From positions 1 to 64,000 of the IMG/VR virus record IMGVR_UViG_3300031576_000009: DNA of 64,000 bases; one strand, written 5' to 3'. Below the pieces are notes generated by a model. It ran no database searches. It was not told where the DNA came from and saw only the letters and a list, made by a program, of their open reading frames with translations. The first letter of the stretch is position 1. The number at the start of each line of letters is the position of its first letter. Positions 55,060 to 64,000 of the stretch are shown here, piece by piece. The translations under genes were made by a program, and so were the position numbers. This DNA is from a virus.

Positions 55060-55162
55060 GACGAGTGGAGGCCAATCCTCCACCCGCCGGTCCTGCCGGA
55101 CTGTTTACCCCAACATACTGAATGGACTCAAAAGAGACCAGAGTGTGTTGCAGCCGGCAGGA
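55060..55162. other. structured intergenic region (two hairpins; candidate ncRNA or regulatory RNA)
   Basis: 55060-71 pairs with 55077-88; 55091-99 pairs with 55154-62, enclosing further stems. Confidence 0.45.
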
Positions 55163-55447
55163 TTACTGTCGTGGGATAGGAACCTTCCAGTCCTCCGGGA
55201 GATCACGCTCGGGCTGCCCCGCCTCGATCCACTTGAGCAGATCGTGCTGGGCGTAGGCGGTGGCGATGATCAGGTTCATCGGATTCGAGTTCACGCCGTT
55301 CATGTTGGCGCAGACGACGGCACCCTCGACCGTGATCATCCCCATGGAGATCGCTACGATGTCGCCCATCTCGACCCGCTCCAGGAGGGAGCGGATCATC
55401 TGAATCAACTTCGCCCGAGACCGCTCCTCTTCCTCCTTGCTAGCCAT
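55163..55447 (-). CDS. hypothetical protein
   Basis: GGAGG RBS, MASKEEE. Confidence 0.6.
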   Translation of the reverse strand: MASKEEEERSRAKLIQMIRSLLERVEMGDIVAISMGMITVEGAVVCANMNGVNSNPMNLIIATAYAQHDLLKWIEAGQPERDLPEDWKVPIPRQ

Positions 55448-56039
55448 GTACCACATCCTCCAGGTTCGGCGCAGCAGCCTGATCGATCCAGGCCCGCCAA
55501 TCCCAGTAGTACAGAATCTCTTCGATACGTGTCGCGACCCGCACGTGCGGGCGCATGCGCGTGGACCACTCTGCATCCTCACCGGCGTTCAGCGCCTTGA
55601 AGGGCTCTCGTAGGGCGAGCTCCCGGCGCCAGACGCTCGTGTGTTGCGGTACTTCTCCCGTCTTGGTGTTGAAGTCGTAGCGTGTGATCGCTGGCTCCTG
55701 GTACTTCCCCCGTCCGTCCGGCAACCACTCCTGGCTCTGCATAGTGATGCCGCACACGTCGACCGCCATCGTCGAGACCTTGTTGCGGATCAGCTCCACG
55801 TAGTTCGGCGCGACATGATCATCATCGTCGATGAAGGAGATGTAGTATCCCTTCGCAAGCTGGACCAGAGCGTTCCGCTTCGAGCCGATCGAGCGCTTCT
55901 GGTTGTCGAAAAGCATCAGGACCTCGACCTCGGGATACGCACTCGCCTGCTGACAAAGGTCGCGCATCAGCTTCGGCATGTACAGCTCCAACCGATTCGG
56001 GATGCTGCACACCAGGATCGACCAAAGGATGTTCATCAT
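55440..56039 (-). CDS. GT2 glycosyltransferase
   Basis: SIGSKRNALV..AKGYYISFIDDDD...GEDAEW. Confidence 0.88.
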   Translation of the reverse strand: MMNILWSILVCSIPNRLELYMPKLMRDLCQQASAYPEVEVLMLFDNQKRSIGSKRNALVQLAKGYYISFIDDDDHVAPNYVELIRNKVSTMAVDVCGITMQSQEWLPDGRGKYQEPAITRYDFNTKTGEVPQHTSVWRRELALREPFKALNAGEDAEWSTRMRPHVRVATRIEEILYYWDWRAWIDQAAAPNLEDVVHG

Positions 56040-57238
56040 GGAGTCAGCGGCTTCGTGAGGTACTGCGCGCCCGTGTAGGCGTAACAGTCGGCGATCTTTT
56101 CGGTACACCCACGGCAGGGCAGCCGTCCTTTGAAGTTCGACCAGAAGTTCGCGACGAAGTGCCAAAACTGGTGCTCACCATTCCGGCGCACACTACAGCC
56201 CCAGAGTCCGAGCTTCTGCGCTTCGTCCCAACGCTCGTGCGCGATGTGCTGACGCGTCGAGATCGGACACTTCTGCGCGACTGGGACCTTCTTGTGCCAC
56301 TTCCCACTGAACGGATCGATGTGTCGACAGTGCCGCTCTCGTTCACACTGCTCGGGCGTCATCCCCACCTTGCACGCGAAGTCTTCGTACATCATGTGTC
56401 GCGCGTGTACTGCTGGGCGCAACAATCCGGCGTAGAAGATCGGCGCAGGAGCTGGCCCCTGCCCACAGTTGGCGAGATGTTGCTGGTGATGCACCTGGTC
56501 GGTCGCTTCGAGGAGGGCAAGATCGTTCGCGTCGAGCTTCGAGGGACACTTGATCCGTGCGTCGATCTTCCCCACCTGATTGGCGCCCGGTCCTGTACTC
56601 GCATAAACCTTCGGCCGCTTCGGTGAGATCACGAAGGCGGCGGGCCACTCACAGCGCTTGATTCCATCCGTTCCGGTCACGACCCGATGATCGAGGAAGT
56701 CCCGCTGATCGTCAGTGAGCGGGTAGGCCGCACAGGCTCGCTTTGCTGCATCGTTCATTGTGGACGTGTTGCTCATGATCGTGTGCGCGGTACGGATACG
56801 AAAGTAGAGCGTCGCCGCCGCCTGGAGGGTGACCACCCAATCGTCGAGACAGGCTGGCGCTGCACTTAGTTCGCACCCACACCCACAGGGGTCCTTGTAC
56901 GGCTTGCAACAGTCGAAGCGGGTCTCGACCTCGGTGACGAAGCCGTCGAACTTGCTGACAGGGAATGAGCTCGCACACGCAGGGATCGACTGGCAGTACT
57001 CCATGAGCTCGAAGACGTAGACCATCTCCATCTGGACCACGAGGTCCATCTCGGTCTGCGACATCTGCCGATCCTGGATGAACTTCAGGATGGTGTCGTC
57101 CGACACGAACCGGTGCGCCATGTCCCGTCCGTTGGGACGACAGGCACCCTTTGGATTGCAGTAGGAGTTGTACTGTGCGTTCGCAGTACCGATGCTCATC
57201 ATGCAGATCAGTACTGCCACGATCGCCCTCATTGTCAT
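56036..57238 (-). CDS. secreted Cys-rich protein (about 400 aa)
   Basis: MTMRAIVAVLICMMSIGTANA|Q; many Cys; AGGAG RBS. Confidence 0.75.
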   Translation of the reverse strand: MTMRAIVAVLICMMSIGTANAQYNSYCNPKGACRPNGRDMAHRFVSDDTILKFIQDRQMSQTEMDLVVQMEMVYVFELMEYCQSIPACASSFPVSKFDGFVTEVETRFDCCKPYKDPCGCGCELSAAPACLDDWVVTLQAAATLYFRIRTAHTIMSNTSTMNDAAKRACAAYPLTDDQRDFLDHRVVTGTDGIKRCEWPAAFVISPKRPKVYASTGPGANQVGKIDARIKCPSKLDANDLALLEATDQVHHQQHLANCGQGPAPAPIFYAGLLRPAVHARHMMYEDFACKVGMTPEQCERERHCRHIDPFSGKWHKKVPVAQKCPISTRQHIAHERWDEAQKLGLWGCSVRRNGEHQFWHFVANFWSNFKGRLPCRGCTEKIADCYAYTGAQYLTKPLTP

Positions 57239-57405
57239 TCCTCTCCTGCCACCGGGAGCTTGTGGAAGTACTTGTTCCAGTACTCCTGTTGCGCGACGCG
57301 TGTCTGCAGGCTGATCCCCCAAGAGATCAGCCCTGTGAGAAAGCCGAGGATCGCGAGGATCGGCGTCACGTACGACAACCACTTGGGCATTCCATCTTTG
57401 GCCAT
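57235..57405 (-). CDS. small single-TM protein
   Basis: ILAILGFLTGLISWGI; overlaps at both ends. Confidence 0.6.
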   Translation of the reverse strand: MAKDGMPKWLSYVTPILAILGFLTGLISWGISLQTRVAQQEYWNKYFHKLPVAGEE

Positions 57406-57674
57406 CAGAACCTCTGTACAGTTCCGCAGTTCGGGCAGTACATCCCGCCCGGGGTGACGAAGAATAGATCGCAGCCACAATGGCAGGTCCAGTGCTCTGC
57501 CTTTTCGATCTCGCAATAGTTCACGTAGCGACCTCGCAGCAGCAAGCAGCTTGGACATGCCAGCCAGACTGTACCGACTGGCGAGACGGCCGCCCACTGG
57601 TGCTGGCAGGACAGACAGCGCGCTGTACCAGAGAGGTGTGGACGCTGCGCATCGAGATAGACAACCTTCCCCAT
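57405..57674 (-). CDS. double Zn-ribbon protein
   Basis: CLSC, CPSC, CHCG, CPNC. Confidence 0.7.
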   Translation of the reverse strand: MGKVVYLDAQRPHLSGTARCLSCQHQWAAVSPVGTVWLACPSCLLLRGRYVNYCEIEKAEHWTCHCGCDLFFVTPGGMYCPNCGTVQRF

Positions 57675-57856
57675 CAGGAGTCGAGGACTTGATTGGGGGC
57701 TGGGCGGCATTCGTGAATGTCCATCCAACCGATCACCTCGGGGGGCGCCTGCTTGGTCTTCGCGACCTCTGCGAAGTACTGCGACAGTTTCAGGAAGCCG
57801 TCGACCTCGTCCTCGGCGAAGAAGTGGAAGTCACCACAAAAGTGTACGCGGATCAT
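57674..57856 (-). CDS. small hypothetical protein
   Basis: ATGA/TGATG overlaps. Confidence 0.55.
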   Translation of the reverse strand: MIRVHFCGDFHFFAEDEVDGFLKLSQYFAEVAKTKQAPPEVIGWMDIHECRPAPNQVLDS

Positions 57857-59145
57857 CGTCCCAGCCTCAGCACTTCGATGTCGTCGGACCAGTCGCACAT
57901 CACTCCCCAGGGATCGATCACGACCGAGCCCTTCGGATAGGCAGACTCCAGGAAGAGACGATGCGGCATGGCGAGGACGTAGATCGCCGGCTTGTAGTAG
58001 CACTTGTCGTTGAACAAGTAGTACTTGTTGTGCCCCTCCACGTACGGATCGAAGAGCTCAGCATGGATGCCACGCTCACGGAGTAGCTCGTTCAGCAACA
58101 GGCTAGAACTGCCCACGGTGAGCCCGATGTCGGGCTTGTAGGCAAGCCCCAAGATCACCACCGGGAGCTCGGTGCGATCCACCGTCTGGGCCACGATGTT
58201 CGCGAGCCAATCAGTCTGCCGCTCCCGCGCCTTCATGATCGCATCGAAGAGGTCGAAGGAGAGATGATGCGTCCGCGCGAGGTAGCTCATCGCGATGTTG
58301 TCGCGCGGGTGGCAGCCCCCGCCGTCCCCCATGCCCGCCTTCAGATAGCGATCGCTGATCACCCGCGCAGTGGCCTGGCCGAGCACGTACGTGACCCGGT
58401 CGACGTTACCCCCGATCTTGTGAGTGATCTCCCGCAAGGTGTTCGCGAACACGATCTTCATGCCGATGAACGTGTTGTATGCGACCTTGGTGAGCTCCGC
58501 TTCCTCGATGCCCATCGTGAACGTTGGAACACGATCAACCCCGTAAATCTTCGCGTAGAAGTCGTAATAGAAACGGCAGATTGGTTGCGGTGTGAGGTTT
58601 GGATCGTCGGTCCCGATCAGCACGAACTCGGGAAACAGGAAGTCCGGGATCGTCGTCCCCATCGCGATGAAGAACGGGTTGTAGACAGTCTCGATCCCAC
58701 GATCCTGAAGGATGGGCAGAATCTCGCGCCGTATGGTGCCCGGGAGCACCGTCGAGATAACCGCCACCATGGGCGAGACGGTATGCTTCCGTGCCGCCTC
58801 GGCGATCTGCAGCGCGGCCACCTTCAGGAACGTGTAGTCGAAGTCTTCTCGATCGTGCGGCAGCCGCGAGATGCCCTCGAACTTCTCCTTGTGCGGCGTT
58901 TGTACCGCCACGAAGACGAGATCACTCTGAGCAACGACATCAGCCACGGCAGGGACGACGTGGATGGTATCCCCATGCTCCAGGTACTCGTTCATCAGCG
59001 CTTCCTGGAAGGGGATGTGCTTGGCTCGCAAGTACTCCTGGACGGCCGTGTTGGTATCCGTCCCGATGACGGCGTAGCCCTCGTGCGCGATCGCCAGCGC
59101 ACACGGGAGGCCCAGCTTCCCCAACCCAATGAATCCGATGTTCAC
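57853..59145 (-). CDS. ugd: UDP-glucose/GDP-mannose 6-dehydrogenase family
   Basis: GLGKLG Rossmann motif, VQTP, STVLPG, AELTKVAYN, catalytic GGGCHPRD, LGLAYKP. Confidence 0.92.
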   Translation of the reverse strand: MNIGFIGLGKLGLPCALAIAHEGYAVIGTDTNTAVQEYLRAKHIPFQEALMNEYLEHGDTIHVVPAVADVVAQSDLVFVAVQTPHKEKFEGISRLPHDREDFDYTFLKVAALQIAEAARKHTVSPMVAVISTVLPGTIRREILPILQDRGIETVYNPFFIAMGTTIPDFLFPEFVLIGTDDPNLTPQPICRFYYDFYAKIYGVDRVPTFTMGIEEAELTKVAYNTFIGMKIVFANTLREITHKIGGNVDRVTYVLGQATARVISDRYLKAGMGDGGGCHPRDNIAMSYLARTHHLSFDLFDAIMKARERQTDWLANIVAQTVDRTELPVVILGLAYKPDIGLTVGSSSLLLNELLRERGIHAELFDPYVEGHNKYYLFNDKCYYKPAIYVLAMPHRLFLESAYPKGSVVIDPWGVMCDWSDDIEVLRLGR

Positions 59146-59342
59146 GGTGCCTCCCGTGCGACGGACTCGGTCACGACCATCCGAAAGCGGGACCAGTCGT
59201 TATGCCTGAGCTTCTGTACCTCCGCATCGATCGTCGCCGCGAGCATGTTGAGATCGTGCTGCCCGAGCTTGATCTCCTTCGCACCCTGGAGGATGCCGCG
59301 ACTCCGTAGGAATACCTGCAAGATGCTCTGCCCGATCTTCAT
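59142..59342 (-). CDS. small hypothetical protein
   Basis: AGGAGG RBS, overlaps. Confidence 0.6.
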   Translation of the reverse strand: MKIGQSILQVFLRSRGILQGAKEIKLGQHDLNMLAATIDAEVQKLRHNDWSRFRMVVTESVAREAP

Positions 59343-59962
59343 ATGGCCTCCTGTACGGAACGCCAGTCTGCTTGCATCTTAGCGAGCGTCCCGACGCGAT
59401 CGCGCGTGTAGTGGTGATGGATGATGTGCGCCGCGCTCTTCGGAATCTCGTTGCGCACCTGCGGAGACCAGTTCATGGCGTTCTCCAACACCGGTTGAAA
59501 GCGCTGGCGGTAGAAGGTCTCGTTCAAGATGCGCTGAGTGGCACCCCAGTCGTCGCCATCATCGACGCGGGCGAGCTCACTCAGCATGTAATGCATCACG
59601 TCTGCTTCGGTACTCCGCCCCACGTAGACCACACCCCCATTCAGAAGCGGCTCAGGATCGGTGTACCAGAACAACTGCATCCCGAGACGGCTGAACATGG
59701 GCGTCGGCTTCACGCAGATCACATCAGGCGAAACGATCAGGACGTTGTGCCCGTGCTTCCAGAGCTCAGCGACCCGACGGAACTGATGCTCGATGGCCCG
59801 GTGCCAGGAGCGCGGTGGGGCATCACGCAGGGTCCCGACCAGCAGGAACTCCCAGTCCCCGAGGAGGAAGCGTCGGAAGCTGTCCATGCAGACCAGGCGC
59901 ATCTGGTCGAGGCGCTCCTTCGGGTCGTCGAAGGTGAACCGTTCGAGCATGACGAAGTTCAT
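59339..59962 (-). CDS. nucleotide-diphospho-sugar transferase-like (GT-A) protein
   Basis: NVLIVSPDV...LNGGVVY...TQRILN...IIHH; DxD degenerate (SPD). Confidence 0.6.
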   Translation of the reverse strand: MNFVMLERFTFDDPKERLDQMRLVCMDSFRRFLLGDWEFLLVGTLRDAPPRSWHRAIEHQFRRVAELWKHGHNVLIVSPDVICVKPTPMFSRLGMQLFWYTDPEPLLNGGVVYVGRSTEADVMHYMLSELARVDDGDDWGATQRILNETFYRQRFQPVLENAMNWSPQVRNEIPKSAAHIIHHHYTRDRVGTLAKMQADWRSVQEAI

Positions 59963-60147
59963 GACTTCACCAGCTCGGCATCCACATTAACGAAGGCATA
60001 GAAATCGACATGCGATCCGTCGCTCAGCTGTAGGCGGTGGAGATGTCGCTTCGGGACAATGGCTTCGACCACAATGCCGATAGCCTGACCAACCCGCATC
60101 TTGTCTTCTGGATTGGTGATGGTCTTATAGAGCTTCTCCAGCGTCAT
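59959..60147 (-). CDS. small hypothetical protein
   Basis: ATGA overlaps at both ends. Confidence 0.55.
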   Translation of the reverse strand: MTLEKLYKTITNPEDKMRVGQAIGIVVEAIVPKRHLHRLQLSDGSHVDFYAFVNVDAELVKS

Positions 60148-60929
60148 CGACGCACCAGCGTGGTGAATAGGTATCGATCGTCGTAGGTGATGTAGTCGCA
60201 GGACCTGACCCGGAGGAAGTCTCCGAAGCGGTGTTGGAGCTTGTCGGCGTTGTACCAGTCCGCATAGTGCCCCACGGAATCGAAGGCCCGCACGAAGCGG
60301 CTGAACGCTGGGTGATCACGCACATCGTCCTCGACGGGCGGCACGGGGGCTTCCGCATACTTCGCCCACCCACGATCCGAGTACAGCATCAATCGGATTT
60401 CGCTCTCTTCGTCCAGGTAGTTCTTGGCAACGAACCGCAACAGGTCCGCGGCATAGGGGAAGTGATGCAGGACACCTGAGGCGTGGAAGATCGAGCAAGT
60501 TGTACTGATACTGCTGAAGAATGGGGCCTTCTGCCCTAACGCCATCTCCCGCACGAGGAGGCTTTCGAGTGGCTGCCACCCGTAGACGGCGAAGACACGA
60601 CGAGCCAGGTACAGCGTGTCCTGCCTGATGTCGGCCTGTACGACCCGGTGCCCGTGCAGGCGGTACTCCAGGCCCTCGATACCGATTCCGCAGCCGAAGT
60701 CCAGGACCCAGTTCCGCGGCTCGTCATCGTAGTGCGCATGCCACACCCACTTGTTCTCCCAGTTTCGCCACCCGTGCGGATTGAAGCGTGTCTGACGCAT
60801 CCGCTCCACACGTTCCCAGAGCTGGTTCGGGTGGAGTGCAGCGAGCTCGGCAGGCAAGAAGTACCCTTCATCGTCGATCGGGACGCGGGACCACTCTGCG
60901 ACGTGGTCTACGAAGCTGTACTCGGTCAT
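60144..60929 (-). CDS. class I SAM-dependent methyltransferase
   Basis: VLDFGCGIG...ADI...GVLHH. Confidence 0.85.
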   Translation of the reverse strand: MTEYSFVDHVAEWSRVPIDDEGYFLPAELAALHPNQLWERVERMRQTRFNPHGWRNWENKWVWHAHYDDEPRNWVLDFGCGIGIEGLEYRLHGHRVVQADIRQDTLYLARRVFAVYGWQPLESLLVREMALGQKAPFFSSISTTCSIFHASGVLHHFPYAADLLRFVAKNYLDEESEIRLMLYSDRGWAKYAEAPVPPVEDDVRDHPAFSRFVRAFDSVGHYADWYNADKLQHRFGDFLRVRSCDYITYDDRYLFTTLVRR

Positions 60930-61693
60930 GTTGGGGTACTTCCGTACTTCCGCTTTAACTCTTCCCCCCGAGCGGCTTCCTGCTGCTTGATGAACGACTG
61001 GAGCTTCTCCGCATCGGCTCGACGCAGTGGTGCAGTACTGTGCCACTTCTCATCGATGCGGAACTGCACCCGACGGGCACGTTGTTCATCATGCGTGGCG
61101 TCCCGAGGTGACTTCCCGCTGGACGCATGCAGGTGCTCGGTTTCGAGGTCCGGAATGAAGTGCTTGCGCCCGATGATCTCCGAGACCTCGTGCAGCCAGG
61201 AGTCGTTGCAATCGGCCTCGAAGAGGGGCGGCACGAAGTATCCGACCGTATCCACCCAGTGTTTGTGGATCGCGCCATGGGTCCCGAGCGCTTCGTTCTG
61301 GATGCTGTCACGCCCGTACACGAATGCGATCCGGTCCGGGTACAAGTAGAAGGCTTCGCGCAGCATCTCGTCCCATCGTGGGGAACGGAAGACGAGATCG
61401 TCGGCCCCCATCATGAAGATTTCCGCCTGTGCGTGGGCAGCACCCCAGCACTCGTTCCAGAGGTTGCTGAGACAGAGATCGCGCGGACCGACCAGGAGCG
61501 TGAACGCCGGTATCTGCCGCGGGCCAAGGACGGCTTCGAGCTCGCGATAGCCCCCGAGCTGCTCGTCATCCAGATCGACCCTGGCGATGATCTCACACTT
61601 GTCGGGACGGACGGCGTGATGGAACGCGCTGTCGTAGAAGCGCAGCAGGTCCATCGGCCGTCCACGAGAGGGAGCGAGGAGTGCGATCCTCAT
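60926..61693 (-). CDS. GT2-like glycosyltransferase
   Basis: PSRGRP...D.DD...MGADD...WD...VGYF.PP...CNDSW...EHLH. Confidence 0.85.
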   Translation of the reverse strand: MRIALLAPSRGRPMDLLRFYDSAFHHAVRPDKCEIIARVDLDDEQLGGYRELEAVLGPRQIPAFTLLVGPRDLCLSNLWNECWGAAHAQAEIFMMGADDLVFRSPRWDEMLREAFYLYPDRIAFVYGRDSIQNEALGTHGAIHKHWVDTVGYFVPPLFEADCNDSWLHEVSEIIGRKHFIPDLETEHLHASSGKSPRDATHDEQRARRVQFRIDEKWHSTAPLRRADAEKLQSFIKQQEAARGEELKRKYGSTPT

Positions 61694-61948
61694 TGCTTCA
61701 CCGGCACGTTCTGGTCGACAGCAAGGGCATCGAGCATATCGTCATCGTACCCTCCTTGGTGTTCTCAGGCGTGGCCTGGTGTTTCACTGGGCAAGGAGGG
61801 CTCTATGCACAGAGCCAAAACCCCCGTTGCAGCATCTCGCTGCACACCATAGCCAGGCCACGCCCAAGCCTATTGTACGAGTACTTTGTCCTTCTCCAAG
61901 GCTTCTCCAATCGCGGCAGGGACTCACGAAGCGCCTCCTCGATCTTCG

Positions 61949-62518
61949 TCAGTCCAGGCCCGGCATCTGGTACCGGTACAGGTCCTCGTCCAGGTAGACG
62001 TAGGTGTTCACCATCATCTCCGTCTCCAGTTGCCACTGCAGTTCCTCCATCCGGCTCATGTCGGAGAAGAGGGCGTTCCGTACGAGTGCACGCTGCCACA
62101 CCGACGTATGTTGCGGACGCTTCCACTGGACGCCAGGAAAGCGCTCTTCCGTCTGTTGTTGCCGCCAGCGTGGATGGTATCGGTACCGCAGCTCGTTGTT
62201 CGTGAGCAGCCGAGGCCCAACGAGGTTGAAGCAGACGAGGTCGACGCCTGGGTGATCGCGCAGCGCGCGGTGGATGAGGCGGACGTACTGGTCCGTGACA
62301 TCGTCATCGTCGTCTACGAATGAGATGTACTCGCCGCGGGCACAATTCACAAGCCGATTGCGCTTCGCGCCCGTGCTCATCCGTTGGTTGTCGTACAACA
62401 GCTGCACTTCGACATCACGAAATCCGGCAGAAAGCTCGCACAACTTGTGGAACACCGGCATGCGAGCACCCTGGTCCATGCGCTGCGGAAGACCGCAGAG
62501 GAGAATCGACCAGCGCAT
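61949..62518 (-). CDS. GT2 glycosyltransferase (paralogue of 55440..56039; may start at 62593)
   Basis: MRWSILL...STGAKRN.LV..ARGEYISFVDDDD...PQHTSVW. Confidence 0.85.
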   Translation of the reverse strand: MRWSILLCGLPQRMDQGARMPVFHKLCELSAGFRDVEVQLLYDNQRMSTGAKRNRLVNCARGEYISFVDDDDDVTDQYVRLIHRALRDHPGVDLVCFNLVGPRLLTNNELRYRYHPRWRQQQTEERFPGVQWKRPQHTSVWQRALVRNALFSDMSRMEELQWQLETEMMVNTYVYLDEDLYRYQMPGLD

Positions 62519-62585
62519 GGACACCAACTCCTTCGGCTGCACCGCTGCGCGCGGGAAGCCGGCACCCAGATCGAAGACGACACCC

Positions 62586-62927
62586 TTACTCATGACGGAG
62601 CAGGCGGCCGATGATCCCAAGGTGGTGTGAGCGGCGAATCCTGGCCAGGCTCTCAAAGTACTCGGCACGTGTCCACCCCACCCAACAACGTGCCCGCTCT
62701 GTTTCGAGTTCCTCCGCCATGATCTTGATCAACTCACGGATGTCGCTGGCCAGCGTCGACAAGAGACGCATGTCTCCCCAAACATCCCTGTCGAACTCGG
62801 TCAGGCACAACATCGCGTCCTGCACACTGATCGGCTCACGTTCAGGTCTGGCCTCCTCGTGCGGAGGACGATTCGGGGTGCCGCTTGCAGGCGGGGCACT
62901 TCCCGTCCCCGGTCGCGTGCAGCTCAT
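62586..62927 (-). CDS. hypothetical protein
   Basis: GGGAGGAG RBS. Confidence 0.55.
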   Translation of the reverse strand: MSCTRPGTGSAPPASGTPNRPPHEEARPEREPISVQDAMLCLTEFDRDVWGDMRLLSTLASDIRELIKIMAEELETERARCWVGWTRAEYFESLARIRRSHHLGIIGRLLRHE

Positions 62928-62956
62928 GTATACTCCTCCCGACGACGTACTAGTAC

Positions 62957-64000
62957 CTATTGGCATACACCGCGGACCTGCCATCGATTCGGCCGGACGC
63001 ACACGCGAGAGCAACAGCCTTTCTTGCGCATGCACCGACTCCCTGGTCCCTTGCAGTTGGCCAGCGTCGTCGTGGTCGTTGTCGTGGTGGATGGAACACT
63101 GGTAGTCGGGGGATGCGTGGTCGTGGTTGGGACGATGGTTGTGGTGGGTGGGCTGGTCGTTGTGGAGGGACGCGTCGTGGTGGACGACGCGGTGATCGGA
63201 GTCAGGCAGTGTACCGCCGACACTTCCCGAAGAACATGACCGACGACGGCCGGCATGAAGAGGAGATCGATGTTGCTGAGCCCACCGGGGCAGAGGTGAC
63301 AGTAGGACATGATCGCCCCCCGCGAGCAAGCGACCGATCCCGAGTAACAACCCTGTTCCCTGTTGTAGCAGGCGTTGAGCGGTGGACTGTAGCAGTGCTC
63401 GTGTTCACTGCCGAAGTTGTGTCCGAGCTCGTGGGCGACGACCATCACGTCCCAGATCGCCCGAGGATCAGAGAGGTCGAACGTTCCCCCCAACTGGACC
63501 ACGGAGTAGCCGTACTGCAGATCACAGAGCGCATTGAGCCAGGCGATCCCGCCCGTGACCGTCTTTCCAGAAAGGAACTGCGTCGTGGCACGGGGTACGG
63601 TGGTCAACCCGTGGCTCGGCGTGGTCCAGTACGACTGCACTTCATCGAGAGCATCACTCGTGCTCGTGGCCGTCCACGGATCACTTGTGGTGGCCCAGAG
63701 CTTCAGGTAGCCGATCTGCAACGTCACGCCGATGTCCCGCTGGTAGAAGCTCGATACGGCAGCGAAGAGGGCACCGATGTAGTCGCGGGTCTCTTCATCG
63801 GTTCCGAACTTCACCCAGAGCTCGTGATCCGTCTCGATGGCGATCGTCGCGGTCGCTGGCACGGTCACGGCGAGGGTAGGAAGACGATGGGGACGTGGAG
63901 GCGGTGTGCGCACATCGTTCTCCAACGAGAACCCCGGTGGCGGATGATCGAGATCGCGCTGGTAGAAGCGTCCAGTCCGTCCAGCGCCGATCAACGACAT
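62957..64000 (-). CDS. M12B/reprolysin-like Zn metalloprotease with Thr-rich linker and C-terminal knottin-like domain (5' truncated)
   Basis: IAIETD, GGIAWL..LC, HELGHNFGSEH, Met-turn IMSYCH; TTTTTTTT; C-x6-C-x5-CC-x3-C-x11-C. Confidence 0.9.
   Translation of the reverse strand: MSLIGAGRTGRFYQRDLDHPPPGFSLENDVRTPPPRPHRLPTLAVTVPATATIAIETDHELWVKFGTDEETRDYIGALFAAVSSFYQRDIGVTLQIGYLKLWATTSDPWTATSTSDALDEVQSYWTTPSHGLTTVPRATTQFLSGKTVTGGIAWLNALCDLQYGYSVVQLGGTFDLSDPRAIWDVMVVAHELGHNFGSEHEHCYSPPLNACYNREQGCYSGSVACSRGAIMSYCHLCPGGLSNIDLLFMPAVVGHVLREVSAVHCLTPITASSTTTRPSTTTSPPTTTIVPTTTTHPPTTSVPSTTTTTTTTLANCKGPGSRCMRKKGCCSRVCVRPNRWQVRGVCQ

Noticed and set aside
61694-61948. Short ORFs between two GT genes
   Set aside because: Several competing short frames with no clear coupling; none can be supported.
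1-64000. tRNA, rRNA, CRISPR, integrase, diversity-generating retroelement or stop-codon recoding
   Set aside because: No cloverleaf, array, recombinase or reverse transcriptase seen; genes are intact in the standard code and use all three stop codons.

Overview
This window is the late (virion and lysis) region of a large, GC-rich tailed phage (Caudoviricetes, siphovirus-like). It is encoded almost entirely on the minus strand as a tightly coupled gene train with many ATGA/TGATG overlaps; the plus-strand ORFs are antisense shadows. In transcription order (right to left) it contains: (1) a 5'-truncated reprolysin-type Zn metalloprotease with a knottin-like tail; (2) a glycosylation island with several GT-A glycosyltransferases, a SAM methyltransferase and a UDP-sugar 6-dehydrogenase; (3) a block of fibre/lectin-like proteins, many Cys-rich and carrying signal peptides, including two paralogue triads and a 22-aa repeat protein; (4) a ~10 kb array of Arg-rich proteins sharing an N-terminal Q-[RW]-[RA]-A-[MIV]-[FWMA]-A-[RKS] motif, with a sigma70-family factor carrying the same motif; (5) an endolysin and holin; (6) terminase large subunit with an intein hiding an out-of-frame Zn-finger/Vsr-DUF559 endonuclease; (7) portal, scaffold, SU10-type major capsid and neck proteins; (8) a free-standing endonuclease VII and a GT4-MTase-GT2 fusion with a Pro1/Cys-F4 mini-intein; (9) tail terminator, tail tube, frameshifted tail chaperones, a 2470-aa tape measure, Dit and tail tip; (10) two small cassettes that share a non-standard GGTCYA-N17-GATACT promoter-like motif and end in intrinsic terminators. 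The strongest novelty candidates are the shared N-terminal motif (hypothesis: a virion cargo-loading/ejection signal that also tags the sigma factor), the two atypical inteins, and the secreted fibre-like proteins plus glycosylation machinery. No tRNA, rRNA, CRISPR array or integrase was seen. All family assignments come from motif recognition by eye, not database searches.
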